The notes beneath the pieces are model-generated. The model saw only the letters and a program-made list of their open reading frames with translations. It had not been told where the DNA came from and did no database searches. From the human T2T-CHM13v2.0 reference genome, Homo sapiens, in NCBI RefSeq assembly GCF_009914755.1, contig NC_060928.1: a stretch of 64,000 nucleotides of DNA; one strand, given 5' to 3'. Within the stretch, counting starts at the first letter, position 1. Every line of letters begins with the position of its first letter. The position numbers and the translations under genes were made by a program. This document shows, in pieces, positions 13,656 through 29,992 of the stretch.

Positions 13656-14947
13656 TAAAAATTCTCTCCAGAAGTCAAACAGAACGGTGGTCCCCCTCTC
13701 CCTCCTGTTTTGATTGGCTGAGGTGGTGACCTTGTCTTACTGAAATGCTTCTTTGCAAGCTTACAAGGCATCCTAAGTTAAGCTGACCCCACTGCTCCCT
13801 TATTAGAGAAGCCAGTTATGTACTCATGAGTTCACACAAGCCTAGTGTGGCTTTGGTTGGTTCTGTCCACATTGTCCCTTCCCCACTCTCCACCCCTTTA
13901 CACAGAGCCTTTCACCACACTGATTCATCATCTCCTTTTTGTTCCTCTGGTTGACTCTTTAGTCATCTCTGTGCTCTTGTCATGGACAATTCTGTTTCTG
14001 CTCCTCTCTTCTCTTTTGCCTTCTCCTTCTCAGTAAAACTTCTCAGAGTTTTGCTGTGTAGAGGAACCTCTAAATGGAGCTATGGTTGGATGACATCTTC
14101 ATGCCTTTAACAAATTGAAATGAAAATGGAAGAGTGTTGCAGGATCAGGCAAAGAAGGGCCCTTAGTCATGGCTATTTCCCTGAGCTCAGTCCTTCTAGC
14201 TGAATCCCTGACTCTGTAGAATCTTCTGATGCCAGATACAATATCATTGCTTCTCAGAAGCAGGTACAGAACATCATAGGCAACACAATGGGCTTCCTGA
14301 GTTGTGGCAAGAAGGAGAAATAGGGTTAGGGGGTAGGTGAGTCAGTCCAGTGTGATAAAGACACTCAGGCAGGAAGATGCTTAGCATCTAGAGTCACCAT
14401 TGGTGCCCAAATCCATGGGGCTAGACTGGTTAGGGAGTGATCAGGAAGGAGATGGGCCTGGATGCCACTTCACAGAACAGTTGAATTTGCTGATGCTTAG
14501 TTTGGAAGAGAGAAGACCTTGAAGACTTGATGATGGTTACCTTAGGTAATCAGAGAGAAAGTAAGGTAGAAAAAAGAGAACAAACAATGTTCCAGAAGAC
14601 AAAACCCGAGATAATCAGTAGAAGCCAAAGGGAAGATAAGCTCTCCAAAAAAAAAAAAAAAAAAAAGAACATTTCCCTAATAACTTCGGCAAAGAATTGT
14701 CCCAAGAAATAGTGAGCTTTTTAGCAATGTAACAGTTCAAGTAGATACTGGCTCTTTCAGTAAATCAGTAGAGAAATAAATGAATTGGGGCTCAAAGTTC
14801 TGGCAGGAATGTTTAGTATTAGTATATGGTTAGTATAGTGGCTGGTATAAGAGGCTACAAGGATTCCTGACATTTTTAGATTAGGTAAAATGCAGATTAC
14901 AGAAATTTTAAATTTGAATTCATTATGGCAGGGTTTTCATGGTCAGG

Positions 14948-15722
14948 TTTTTTTTTTTGTTTTTTGGCGGGGGTGGTGGCGGTAGTTTGCTCTGTCACCT
15001 AGGCTAGAGTGCCCTGGTGTGATCGTAGCTTACTGCAGCCTTGACCTCCTGGACTCAAGTTGAGACAGTATTCTCCTCAATAGGGTCTGGAGACAGGGAG
15101 CCTTCACTTCAGCTTCCAACTCGTCACAGACCAAGTCTTCATTGCATGAGGTGTAACTTCACTTCAGCCTCTGATTGGTTGTAGGTCACATCTTCATTTG
15201 CATAGGGTATAACTTCACTTCAGCCTCCAATTGGTTGTGGGCCAAGTTTTTATTTACATAGGGCGCAACCAATGGGAAACGTCTAGAGGGTACTTAAACC
15301 CCAGAAGATTTTGTAACTGGTGGTCTTAAGCTGCCTACTCGAGCCCATACCCACTCTGTGGAGTGTGGTTTCGTTTCAATAAATCTGAGCATTTATTGTT
15401 TCTTTCATTGTTCTGTACTTTCATTGCTTTATTTGTGCATTTTGTCCAATTCTTTGTTCAAAATGTCAAGAACGTGGACGACCTGTAGTCAAGACCCTCC
15501 ATGTGTAACAAAGTGATCCTCTCACTTCAGTCTCCTGAGTAGCTGGGACTACAGGTATGCACTACCACACCCAGCTAATTTTTACAAACCTTTTTATAGA
15601 GATGAGGTCTCACTATATTGCCTGTTGCCTAGGCTGGTCTTGAATTCCTGGGCTCAAGCAATCCTCCTGCCTTGGCCTTCTAAAGTGCTGGGATTACAGG
15701 CATGAGCCACCATGCCTGGCCC
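14948..15722 (-). mobile_element. AluJ (antisense) split by the LTR at 15061-15510
   Basis: Alu text GGACTCAAGT ... GATCCT resumes exactly after the LTR. Confidence 0.88.
15061..15510 (+). mobile_element. ERV1 solo LTR (MER51-like)
   Basis: TG...CA ends; 4-bp TSD AAGT; AATAGGGTCTGGAGACAGGGAGCC start; repeated CTTCACTTCAGCCTCTGATTGG; AATAAA at 15378. Confidence 0.85.
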
Positions 15723-16911
15723 CAGTGGTTGGATTTTAATGAGCAGTTTTAATGGTTGGATTTTAGACCTGGTGAGGAACTGGGTGCCCTATTGTATTCA
15801 AAAGAATTTGTCTAGAATTTAGCTTTAAGGCCAGCTTATGTATCTATCTTTAGCCATATAAGATGATTTAGAGAATGGCAAGACTTCCAGAAGAGACTGG
15901 AAATAAAGGAGGGCGAGGAGAAACAGGTTTGGAAAAAAAGAGGATGAATTTGATGTTCAGTTTGGGGAACCAAAGAAACATCCTCATGGAAATGTCCAAT
16001 AGTGAGATTGCAAAGGCAAATCTGAAACCTGGAGAAACAGATAGGGCTAATAGAGATGCCAAAAGCCCTTAAAGTCCTATAGAACTACTCATGGAAGGAA
16101 AGAAAATGGCTGAGAATAAAGTTGAAAAAACCTCTACATTTAAGGAATTTACAGAGGAAACTTAGAATTAGTAGTTAAAGAGATAGAAGGAGAAGCAAGA
16201 GAGTCATGTCATGAAAACCAAGGGAAGAGAGGATGTCTAGGAATAAGCCATAATCCCAATGTTTGGGAAGAGTTGAAGAAGATGAAGACTTAGGAGAAGT
16301 CTTGAGATTTGCCTAGTTGTACTTGTCGGAAAGACATCAAAAAGCAGGAGTCAGGAAATAAAAGCAAGAGGAAACGGGACAATAGCAGGTATCAGTTACT
16401 TTTGAAAGCAGTGTGTGGAAGGAGATGAGAGAGGTAGAAGGGCCAGGGAGAAAAGGAGTTTGGCAGGAGAGACTTGCGAACAGAGTTGGAAAGTGGCTAG
16501 AGGGGCCAGAGAGAAGAAGAGGGACCAAGGGAGGCAAAATCCTGAAGGAGGCATGGGAGGAGAGGACTCACACGACCAGAAGGGAAGTTAGCCAGGAAGA
16601 GAGAGGGGGGAACTTCTTTTTGATATGGAAAGGAAGGAAAAGTGAATATGTGAAAGAGACATTGGAGATGGAATGAGGAAGGGATCCTGGGACTGAGTAA
16701 ACAGACAAGTCTACGCTGAGGTTCCAGGCACTCTGGGGACTGAAAACACTGGGCGACTCTCCCTGCTCCCTCATTTACCAGCCTGCTCCTCTCCAGTTCC
16801 CAGGAATGGGCTTCTTACAGCCAAGGCTGGGAAAGTCATTTTCGCTCAATTGCAAAACAACTAAAGTTAGCTCAGTCTTTGATCAGATACAGAAAAGGAG
16901 AGGGGGCTGCC

Positions 16912-17274
16912 TGTATTGGTCTGTTTTCATGTTGCTAATAAAGACATACCCAAGACTGGGTAATTTATAAAGGAATGAGGTTTAATGGACTCACAGTTCA
17001 CATGGCTGGGGAGGCCTCACAATCATGGCTGAAGGCAAATGAGGAGCAAAGTCACATCTTACATGGTGGCAGGCAAGAGAGAATGTGCAGGGGAACTCCC
17101 CTTTATAAAACCATCAGATCTCATGAGATTTATTCACTATCACAAGATCAGCACAGAAAAAACCCGCCCCCATGATTCAATTACCTCCCACCACGTCCCT
17201 CCTGCAACATGTGGGAATTATGTGAGCTACACTTCGAGATGAGATTTGGGTGGGGACACAGCCAAACCATATCA
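16912..17274 (-). mobile_element. THE1/MST MaLR solo LTR
   Basis: TGTATTGGTCTGTTTTCA...GGGGACACAGCCAAACCATATCA; 5-bp TSD CTGCC. Confidence 0.92.
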
Positions 17275-17515
17275 CTGCCTGAAGGCCACTGAGTGGCTGA
17301 GGAAAGGGAAGGTAAGAGGAAAGCAATTTAAATATTCCGTGAGGGTTATATTATTAAACATGCCTTCCCAACCTCCGGCTTACATTTTGTCCCTGTAATT
17401 TTTTCATGTTTTAGTTGAGAACAAGAAAACACAGTTAGAAACAGAGGGAAGGGGAAGAAATTAATACATATTGGCCACTTACTATGTGTCTGCATGGAGC
17501 TGGGGCTTTACAAAG

Positions 17516-18278
17516 TGTGATAGATAGAATAATGCCCCCCTTAAAGATGTCCACATCCTAATCCCCAAGACCTGTGAAGATTTATCTTACATGGCAAAAG
17601 AGACTTTGCAGGTATGATTGAATTAAAGATTTGAGATGGGGGAGATTATCCTGGTGGGCCTAATGTAAACACAGGGGTCCTTGTAAGAGGGAGATGAGAT
17701 GGCCAGAATAGGCGATACCACAAAGGAAGCAGAGGTTAGTGATGCAAAGAAGGGGCCCTGAGTCATGGGATGCAGGTGGCTTCTAGCAGGTGGAAAAGGA
17801 AAGGCAACAGATCTTCCCCTGGAGTCTCCAGAAGGAATGCAGCCCTGCTCACATTGGTTTTAGGATTTCTGACCTCTAGAATTGTTAAGACACTAAATTT
17901 ATGTTGTTTTAAGACATTAGGGGCTGGGCACGGTGGCTCGTGCCTGTAATCCCAGCACTTTGGGAGGTTGAGGTGGGTGGATCACTTGAGGTCAGGAGTT
18001 TGAGACCAGCCTGGCCAACATGGCAAGATTCCCGTCTCTACTAAAAATACAAAAAAATTAGCCAGATATGGTGGTGGGAGCCTGTAATCCCAGCTACTCG
18101 GGAGGCTGAAGCAGGAGAATTGCTTGAATCCAGGAGACGGAGGTTTCAGTGAGCCAAGATGGCACCACTGCACCCCAGCCTGGGCAGCAGAGTGAAATGC
18201 CATCTCAAGAAAAAAAAAAAAAGACATTAGATTTAGGTTTTTGGTAGTTTGCTACAGCAGCAATAGAAATTAATATAT
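17516..18278 (+). mobile_element. MLT1D-like LTR split by an Alu (17921-18222)
   Basis: AGAATAATGCCCCCCTTAAAGATGTCCACATCCTAATCC...CAGCAGCAATAGAAA; Alu TSD AAGACATTAG. Confidence 0.88.
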
Positions 18279-18917
18279 ATAGTTTGTTTAATATAAAAAG
18301 AAGCCTTAAGGTATTATAATGCCCATTTTTACAGGTGAGTGACAGAGATATAACCCACCTAAGGTTATGAAACTTGAATCAGGTTCTGAACTCAAATCTC
18401 CATGATATTTTTATGAGAAGTAAATAAGAATTTTAAGACCCAGTCTCTGACCTCAAGGAACAATCTAATAAGCTATATATGTAAAAACTATAGTGCAAGG
18501 TAAAAATGCAAGTCCCTTATAACACAGAAGTGAAGTGCTGTGGCCCTTTAAGGATGGAAAGATATCTGACTGGAGAGGCAGGGAAGGCTTCACAGAGGTC
18601 GCCTCTGAGCAGAGTCTTGAAGGATGTGTTATACTGCTACATGCAGAAAAGGGGGACTATTATGAGTTGAAGAAAGAGTTTGAGTAAGAGAAACTCACAG
18701 GGTTTGTTGGGATTTCAGCCTTGATTGGTGTAGTGGGAGTGAAGGAGACCAGCAGAAGGCACACAGCTAGAAAGTGAGGTGGGAATAGATCATGGAATAT
18801 CTAGAACACTAAACTGCGGAGGTGCAGAAGTATTGTTTGGGCTATAGGAAGCCACTGCAAGTTTTGAGCTGTGTTATGATCAAAAATCTACGGAGATAAA
18901 CAATAAGATATTGGTCA

Positions 18918-19730
<813 letters not shown>

Positions 19731-19759
19731 CCACAACCTACTCCAAAGCAGCTGGGGTG

Positions 19760-20130
19760 ATGTTTTTGGTCAGCAGGTTCCCTTGCCCTTTGGCTTGGGG
19801 TTGGGTTTGGCCAATGTGGAGCACCAGTGGGCAATTGCAGGGAAAAGAGAGAGTGAGGTTAGCATGTGTATTCCCTCGCTGTCTTCCTGGGAGGTTATCT
19901 TCGGCTGGATGTGTGCCCTGAAAGAAAGTCATCACTCCTATCATGGTGACCTACTTCATGCAAATCTTTCCTTCCAGGTTCTGGTAACTGCACTTTCTCC
20001 TCACCTCTTCATGTCCAGGAATGGTTTCTCTGCATTGTTTCCATATCTTTATGAACAGTCCCTTTCTTAAACTCTCCTCAGGTTATCTAATTGGAGTAGG
20101 CCATCTATTTCCTACAGGGATCATGCCCAG
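19760..20130 (+). mobile_element. LTR33-like ERVL LTR
   Basis: AGTCCCTTTCTTAAACTCTCCTCA...GCCATCTATTTCCTACAGGGA resembles the LTR33 3' end. Confidence 0.6.
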
Positions 20131-20430
20131 TGCAAATGTCCTAGCCCCAAACAGATTCTCTCTGATCCCCAGATCTCTCTTGCACCAAGGAAGTAGGATG
20201 GGTGAGCAGTGTTCTCAGTTCACGTCTAATTCTCACTTCTCAGATAGCTAACTGTACACATTTCTCACGGTTACAGGAGGAAGCTTCAGGCATTTTCAAA
20301 AAATTCATTTTGTTATCTTCGCGAACACTCACATTAAAGATCCTCTTGGGTATGGAGTGAACTCAGTCAGACCATTAAAGTTAATATTGTGGCACCCATT
20401 TCTAATGAGTGGAAACAATAAAAACCTTAA

Positions 20431-20940
<510 letters not shown>

Positions 20941-20959
20941 AAAAACATGCCTGTTCTGA

Positions 20960-21560
20960 CCCAGCACATCCTTTTTCAGCAATTTAACTTAAGGAAAGGG
21001 TCAGTGGATAAATGTAAAGACTCAGCTACAGAGATGTCCACTGCAGCATTGCTTATAAATACAAAAACTGGAACCAACCATAATGTGAAGCCTCAGTAGA
21101 TTGGTTAAATAACTATGGTGTATCTAATATAATGGACTATAATAGAATGCTATTTAGACATGAAAAGAATGTTGTAGAAGAGTATGAACAAATGACCATG
21201 TATTTTTAAAAATTTTGTCTCATCTTTTTTTTCCCTTTTATTTTTTTGCAAGTTAACTTTAAATTTGGGGATAATTTTTAGATTTATAGAAAAGTTGCAA
21301 AGATAGTGCAGAATTCCCTTATACCCTTCACCCAGTTTCCCCTAATGTTACCTCTTACATAACCATAATATACTTACCAAAATTAATACAATGTTATTGA
21401 CTAAACTACTTTATTAAGATTTCACCAGCTTTTCCATGAATGTACTTTTTCTGTTCCAGGATCCAATCCAGAATACCACATTATATTTAGCCAAAATATA
21501 CTTTTCGGGGAAAAACTTGTAAGGAAGACTTCAAAAATATGCATCCAAATGTTAACAGAA
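20960..21560. mobile_element. Old L1M fragments
   Basis: GATGTCCACTGCAGCATTG, AACTATGGT, AGATTTATAGAAAAGTTGCAAAGATAGT motifs. Confidence 0.6.
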
Positions 21561-22552
21561 ATGTACCAATTAAGGCTCTTTGGTTGTAAGCATCAGAAAC
21601 TGACTTTGGCAACCTTGTGAAATAGGAATTTGTTAGAAGGATGTGGCACATCTCATTGAATTAAAGGAAAAAGTAAACAACCAGCTCTTGGAAAGGACAG
21701 AACCAAGGCTGCTCTAGTGTTCAAGGCAGGAGGGACTGTCTGTTTTTTTTCAGCCATCACTAGGGTGATGCTTTTGGTCTCTGGATCACTCTGCTTAAGA
21801 TCGAAACTCTGGAGAGGGTGAATCTGTTGGACCAAGCCTGGGCCACCCAGCCGGCCTTTGGCCAGGGACACTGGGGCACCTTGACCAACACTTCCTCTGC
21901 CTTGCAATGGGAGAGGAAGTAATGGGAGAAGGAGGAAGTAACGGGAGAAAGAGTAATTCCCTAGAGAAAAATAGAAATTCTGTACCCCAAAATACAAGGC
22001 ATAAATATTGATAAAGCAAAAGAAGATATATCTGGAATAAGTGACTATCTCTAAAGTTATGGGTGAACAACTTTTTTTCTCTGAGTTTTCCAAATGTTAC
22101 AAATAAACATGTACAACTTTTATAATAGCAATAAAGTTATTGCTTAAAGGCATGACCCCAGGCCTTTATTTTTAGAATATTATTTTAATATTCTAGTGCC
22201 TAAAGTTAACAAATCAAGTAAGCAGATTTTAGTATCGACAGGCTTACTTTTTGTCTGCGTGTTCAAATCATTACACCTGGACCAAGAAAGTGACACTGGG
22301 AATGGACAGGAAGGGACAGAGAGAAGAGATGCTTTAAAGGAAGAATCCAAGAGAACTTGGCCCTGACTAGTTACAGGAGATGGAGGAGAAGGACAAATTA
22401 GAGTTGATTCCAGACTCCCGAGCCACAGTGACAGGCAAAATGGTGGTCCATTGCCAAAACACTGAAGTGATGGGGACAGTGAGCTGTCTGGGGTAAGGAA
22501 GGTGGCAAGTTCTCCTAGCATGCGGCTTTCATTTTCCTTATCTGACCTTCAG

Positions 22553-23085
22553 GGCTGATGATGAATCTTCAGAGCCTGTGAACACCAATGTGGTCCTGCG
22601 GTATGATGGGCTGATCACCTGGGATGCACCGGCCATCACCAAAAGCTCCTGTGTGGTGGATGTCACCTACTTCCCTTTTGACAACCAGCAGTGCAACCTG
22701 ACTTTTGGTTCCTGGACCTACAATGGCAATCAGGTGGACATATTCAACGCCTTGGACAGCGGAGATCTCTCTGACTTCATTGAAGATGTGGAATGGGAGG
22801 TCCATGGCATGCCCGCTGTGAAGAATGTGATCTCCTATGGCTGCTGCTCTGAGCCTTACCCGGATGTCACATTCACCCTCCTTCTGAAGAGGAGGTCCTC
22901 GTTCTATATCGTCAACCTCCTCATCCCATGCGTCCTCATATCTTTTCTGGCTCCTCTGAGTTTTTATCTCCCAGCAGCCTCCGGAGAAAAGGTCTCCCTG
23001 GGAGTGACCATCCTGTTGGCCATGACTGTATTTCAGCTAATGGTGGCAGAAATCATGCCGGCCTCAGAAAATGTGCCCCTGATAG
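22553..23085 (+). CDS. CHRNA9: CHRNA9 exon 4 (Cys-loop, loops B and C, TM1, TM2)
   Basis: Acceptor CAG 22550-22552; Cys-loop [15 protein letters not shown], loop B WTY, vicinal cysteines YGCCSEPY (alpha subunit), M2 [22 protein letters not shown]; donor GTGAGT at 23086; 533 nt. Confidence 0.98.
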
Positions 23086-23330
23086 GTGAGTCCAAGTGTC
23101 TTCCACTTCAAGCCCAGCTTTGTAGTGCCTGGGGTCATGCCTTTAAGGTTGTGTGTGTGCCTTTAAACTTGAAAAAATGGAGCCAATTTCGACTCAATAC
23201 AGACTGTCTCAAATTTTTCTGGTGGTTGCAGTTAGCATCTTTCAATATAGATGAGCCTTTTGCAATCAAAACTGGTCTTATGGTCTCTGGGTTTACACGA
23301 AAGAGCAATGAAAGACATTATACTTTAGAG

Positions 23331-23523
23331 CAGTAGTTCTCAAAGTGGTGGTCCCCAGATGCACAGCATCGGCATCCCCTGGGAACTTATAGAAACACAA
23401 AACCTCAGGGCCCACCGGAAGCCTACTGAATCAGACATTCTGGAGATAAGGCCCTGGCATCCTGTTTTAACAAGGCTTATGGGTGATTCTGATGCATTTT
23501 CTGTTGAAGTCTGAAATCCACTG
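23331..23523. mobile_element. MER5A hAT-Charlie MITE
   Basis: CAGTAGTTCTCAAAGTG...CTACTGAATCAGA...AAATCCACTG TIR-bounded. Confidence 0.85.
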
Positions 23524-24362
23524 ACCCAGAAGTTAAGACCTGATTTTGAAGTCAAAGAAACTTGCATTTGAACGCTGACTTCACTGCTCACTCCTTGATC
23601 AAACAGGCAAGTTACTTGTTCTCTTAGTCTCTGCTTCATCATCTGGAAAATTTGTGTGATTGCTTCCTTCTGTGTCATTGCTTAGTGCACACCCTGGCAT
23701 ATGGTAAGTACTGAGTAAACAGTGACTACTGTTATCATTTCACGTGACAAGGGCTTTCTTCTTGGGAAGAGTGGCAAACATGGCAGAAAGATGTGCTTTT
23801 TAAGCCTGACATCTACCCTTAACAGAAAAATCTCATCTTCACTGGGTATAATAGCAGTGGGAGAGTGTATTAAAATGCAAGTTCCTACACCCAGAGAGTT
23901 TGATTTAGCAACTTGGCCGAGATTTGGGAATCTGAGGTGATTCCAAAGCAGACTACATTTTCAAAAATCTGCAATAATGAAATATCCCTCCAAGGGTTGG
24001 AGTGCAGACTGAGGGTACCACCCCTGCCTCCCCTATCCTTGCCTAGCTTGTTCTGAGGGCTTTCCTATCCCCTTTAACATCTACTTTCTGCCTCCAAGGA
24101 TACCCTTGAGATCCAACACCTCCATCTCGAGGAGTTGCTGTTGTAACAGATGCTTACCAGAATCAAGCTAGATCTAAGTTTGAGTTCCTTAAAGTAAGCA
24201 ACAAGGAGAAATTTTAGAACACCAACGAACTTAGAGTCCAATATCAGGAGATGTTGCCTTGCCCTTTTACTCTTTACTGAGTCCAGTTACCCAATATTGA
24301 GATGATACTACAGTGGCTTCTCCATTTGGAGATATCTTCCTTTTTATGTCTCTCTTTGCAAA

Positions 24363-24364
<2 letters not shown>

Positions 24365-24412
<48 letters not shown>
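24365..24412. repeat. (CA)n microsatellite, ~24 units, intron 4
   Basis: Seen directly. Confidence 0.97.
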
Positions 24413-24414
<2 letters not shown>

Positions 24415-24709
24415 CTCTTTTTCAGAATTAAACACAGAAGGCTTTTCCACCTCTAATAAAAAGGAGATGTATTGGCATTTTATTACCTCTCCTGAGGCAG
24501 AAATGATTGGCAGTGATGACATCCAATCATAGCCCTGTTTGAGGAAAGATCATGGGGCGGTCCCACTCTCTTCTTGGGTAGTGACATTATACAGCAAGCT
24601 GGCACAATTTCTAAAGGCAGATGTCTCACAGGAATTGCTTGTTCTGTTTTTATGATAATATGAAATTTATCTTTTAAAAATTAAATTAAATTTGTATTTT
24701 TAAATTTTA

Positions 24710-25161
<452 letters not shown>

Positions 25162-25259
25162 GAAATTTATCTTTTTAGGAAAAGTGCCCACAGATCTCTT
25201 GAGAACATTTATTTAACAATTAAAATTTGTTATTCATAGCACCCATGGAGTGTGCTCAC

Positions 25260-26440
<1,181 letters not shown>

Positions 26441-26654
26441 TTTTTCATCAACATGTGCTTTATATAATCACATTTTGAAGACTAATAGTGATACAGTCTC
26501 CTTTCTTACCTAATAGAATTGGCTTTCATATTAATGAGGTCTGAAGACAATTCTGAGAACTGGTCAAGTTCATTAATTGTTTGTTCGTTGAGTGTGGAAA
26601 AATTTTTCACCTCATGATCTCAGCAAACATTTCCAAACTTTTTAATTTCGAGCC

Positions 26655-26890
26655 AGGAACAGTGCTGAGAACTTCACATGTATCATCTCAATTACGCCTC
26701 CTCATATTCCTGCGAGTTAGATATTATTATTACACCCACCACTTTACAGAGTAGGAAACTGAGGCTTAGCAGGATTATATGCCTTGCTGAAGGCTGAAAG
26801 TCCAGGATTATATGCCTTGCTGAAGGCTGAAAGTCTAGGGAGTGATAAAGCTGGGATTTGAATCCAGGAAGTCAGATTCAAAAGTCTATA
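26655..26890. mobile_element. MIR containing a perfect 33-bp tandem duplication
   Basis: TTTACAGAGTAGGAAACTGAGGCTTAG, CTGGGATTTGAATCCAGG. Confidence 0.8.
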
Positions 26891-26893
26891 CTA

Positions 26894-27193
<300 letters not shown>

Positions 27194-27261
27194 CTATACT
27201 ATTAACCACTAGGGTATAACACCTCCTTAGAAAGGGTGTTTGTTTCTTTTTAAGCCAAACA

Positions 27262-27612
27262 CAGTCATGTGCCTCATAACAATGTTTTGGTAAATGACAG
27301 ACCGTGTATACAACAATGGTCCCATAAGATTATAATGTCAATTTTTACTTTATCTTTTCTATGTTTAGATACACAAATATTGACCGTTTGATAATCATGT
27401 GTACAATTGCCTGCGGTATTCAATACAGTAACATGCTGCACAGGTTTGTAGCCTAGAAGCAACAGGCTACACCATTCAACCTAAGTGTATAGAAGGCTAG
27501 ACCATTTAGGTTTGTGTACATACACTCTTATGATGTTCACACAACAGCAAAATCACCTAATGACTAATACCTTTCTCAGAATGTATCCCTGTTGTTAAGT
27601 GACTCGTGGCTG
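27262..27612. mobile_element. Tigger3a/MER7-like TcMar fossil, 52 nt upstream of exon 5
   Basis: TIR CAGTCATGTGCCTCATAAC ... GTTAAGTGACTCGTGGCTG followed by TA. Confidence 0.85.
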
Positions 27613-27664
27613 TATGAGGACCATTTTAAAGCAAATTCAGTTACGGTTGTTATTTTAATTCCAG

Positions 27665-28206
27665 GTAAATACTACATAGCCACGATGGCCCTGATCACAG
27701 CCTCCACTGCGTTGACCATCATGGTGATGAATATCCACTTCTGTGGGGCCGAGGCCCGGCCGGTGCCACACTGGGCCAGGGTGGTCATCCTGAAATACAT
27801 GTCCAGGGTCTTGTTTGTCTATGATGTGGGTGAAAGCTGCCTCAGCCCGCACCACAGTAGAGAGCGGGACCACCTCACGAAAGTTTATAGCAAACTCCCA
27901 GAGTCTAACCTGAAAGCAGCCAGGAACAAAGACCTTTCCAGAAAGAAGGACATGAACAAACGCTTAAAGAACGACCTGGGCTGCCAGGGTAAGAACCCTC
28001 AGGAGGCCGAGAGTTACTGTGCACAGTACAAAGTGCTGACGAGGAATATTGAGTACATCGCCAAGTGCCTCAAAGACCACAAGGCCACCAGTTCCAAGGG
28101 GAGTGAATGGAAGAAGGTGGCGAAAGTCATAGACCGATTCTTCATGTGGATTTTTTTCATTATGGTGTTTGTGATGACTATTTTGATCATAGCAAGAGCG
28201 GATTAG
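27665..28206 (+). CDS. CHRNA9: CHRNA9 exon 5 coding part (TM3, cytoplasmic loop, TM4, stop)
   Basis: Acceptor CAG 27662-27664; GKYYIATMALITASTALTIMVMNIH...EWKKVAKVIDRFFMWIFFIMVFVMTILIIARAD then TAG; exon lengths sum to 1440 nt (479 aa). Confidence 0.98.
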
Positions 28207-28975
28207 TCACAGATATTGGCTTTGCTATCTGGGTAGAAATTAATACAATTCCCTGTGATCTATTCCAATGTTCTTCCAAGATTTTTGTTCATCTATAATT
28301 TAGGGGTTATGTTGTCTGTGCTTTTTATTTTTAGCTTCAAATGAATGTCGAAGCTATCTGCTCTGTTAAATTAAGCAGAAGATCCAAAATTTCAAGGGTA
28401 GGAAGATGGAAGAAATAGGGAAAGAGCCCTTTTATAGCCCACCGTAGTGGTGGGTGACTGGCCTCTAGTTTATATAATTATTTACCTCTTTGGCAGTACA
28501 GATAACAAAATACACTTTACTGGTAAAATTTAAAACAAAAAAGGCAAAACAAAACAAACTCATTTTCCCCTTAGTTCCCATTAAAATATGCATTTGAAAA
28601 ATGAAATAGTCATATATATATTAGTGTGATTTAAGTCTCAATGGTACCTTATTCAGGCATAGTGCATTTGAAGTCATATCTCAAATAGTGGAATAAAAGG
28701 TTTTGTCCCATGTAAAGAAAGTCTAAGCATCAGCTGTTTAATGGGGAAAAGAACTTTCTTCATAATGGTGATGTCGTATATGTTGGTTATGTTTTATATA
28801 AACCCAAAAGATGAAGTCATTCCTGCATTTACCCTTTGATTAAAATATGATAGATGAAGCTGTTCCTGCATTTAGTCTTGTATTAAAATAAGGTGATTAG
28901 CAAGCTGGGCTCATCCATTCATTCATTGAACTTTTCACCAAACATGGATCACGTTTTTTCCTGCATGTAATAAAA
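28207..28975 (+). terminator. CHRNA9: CHRNA9 3' UTR with candidate poly(A) signals
   Basis: AT-rich unique sequence after the stop; ATTAAA at 28580, 28839, 28882; AATAAA at 28692, 28969. Confidence 0.65.
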
Positions 28976-29400
28976 GCAATATGATTCACATTTGTATGGG
29001 GTGTCACAGCAATTCTTATGCACAAGCCTGATCACTTTGATCCTCACAACAACTCTGTGAGTTGGGAAGGCGAGCGTTACTATTCTTTCTCAGAGAAAGA
29101 AACCGTGGCTTAAAAGGAGGATGTAAGTGACCTGCCTCCTCAACATCCAACACGGTGTAAGTGGAACTGGGACTCACCCCTCAGCACTGGGACTCAGAGT
29201 TGGGCTACATCTGCTAAAGTCACCCTGCTTTTGGCCATGACAAATTATGATTTAGCACAGGAGAGACTGAGAGATTCTTATTCTTAATTCTGAACTTTCT
29301 GCCCTAATTTACTTCCTGTATGTCTCAACTTCTTTCCTACTTTCAATAAAATGTGACTTCAAATTCACCCCCCATTCCCACCTAGATTAAAATGATCCAA

Positions 29401-29992
<592 letters not shown>

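Noticed and set aside
17180-17215. Possible PRDM9 hotspot motif in the THE1 LTR
   Set aside because: Reads CCCTCCTGCAACAT, not the CCTCCCTNNCCAC core.
22569-22805. Antisense ORFs over exons 4 and 5 (22569-22805, 27655-27873)
   Set aside because: Shadow frames of the CHRNA9 coding sequence.
23086-23336. Open frame continuing 83 codons beyond the exon 4 donor
   Set aside because: Strong GTGAGT donor at 23086; the extension has no receptor similarity and ends in a MER5A TIR; chance open frame.
27592-27664. N-terminal extension of the exon 5 ORF
   Set aside because: Starts at a non-ATG codon within the Tigger3 TIR; intronic.
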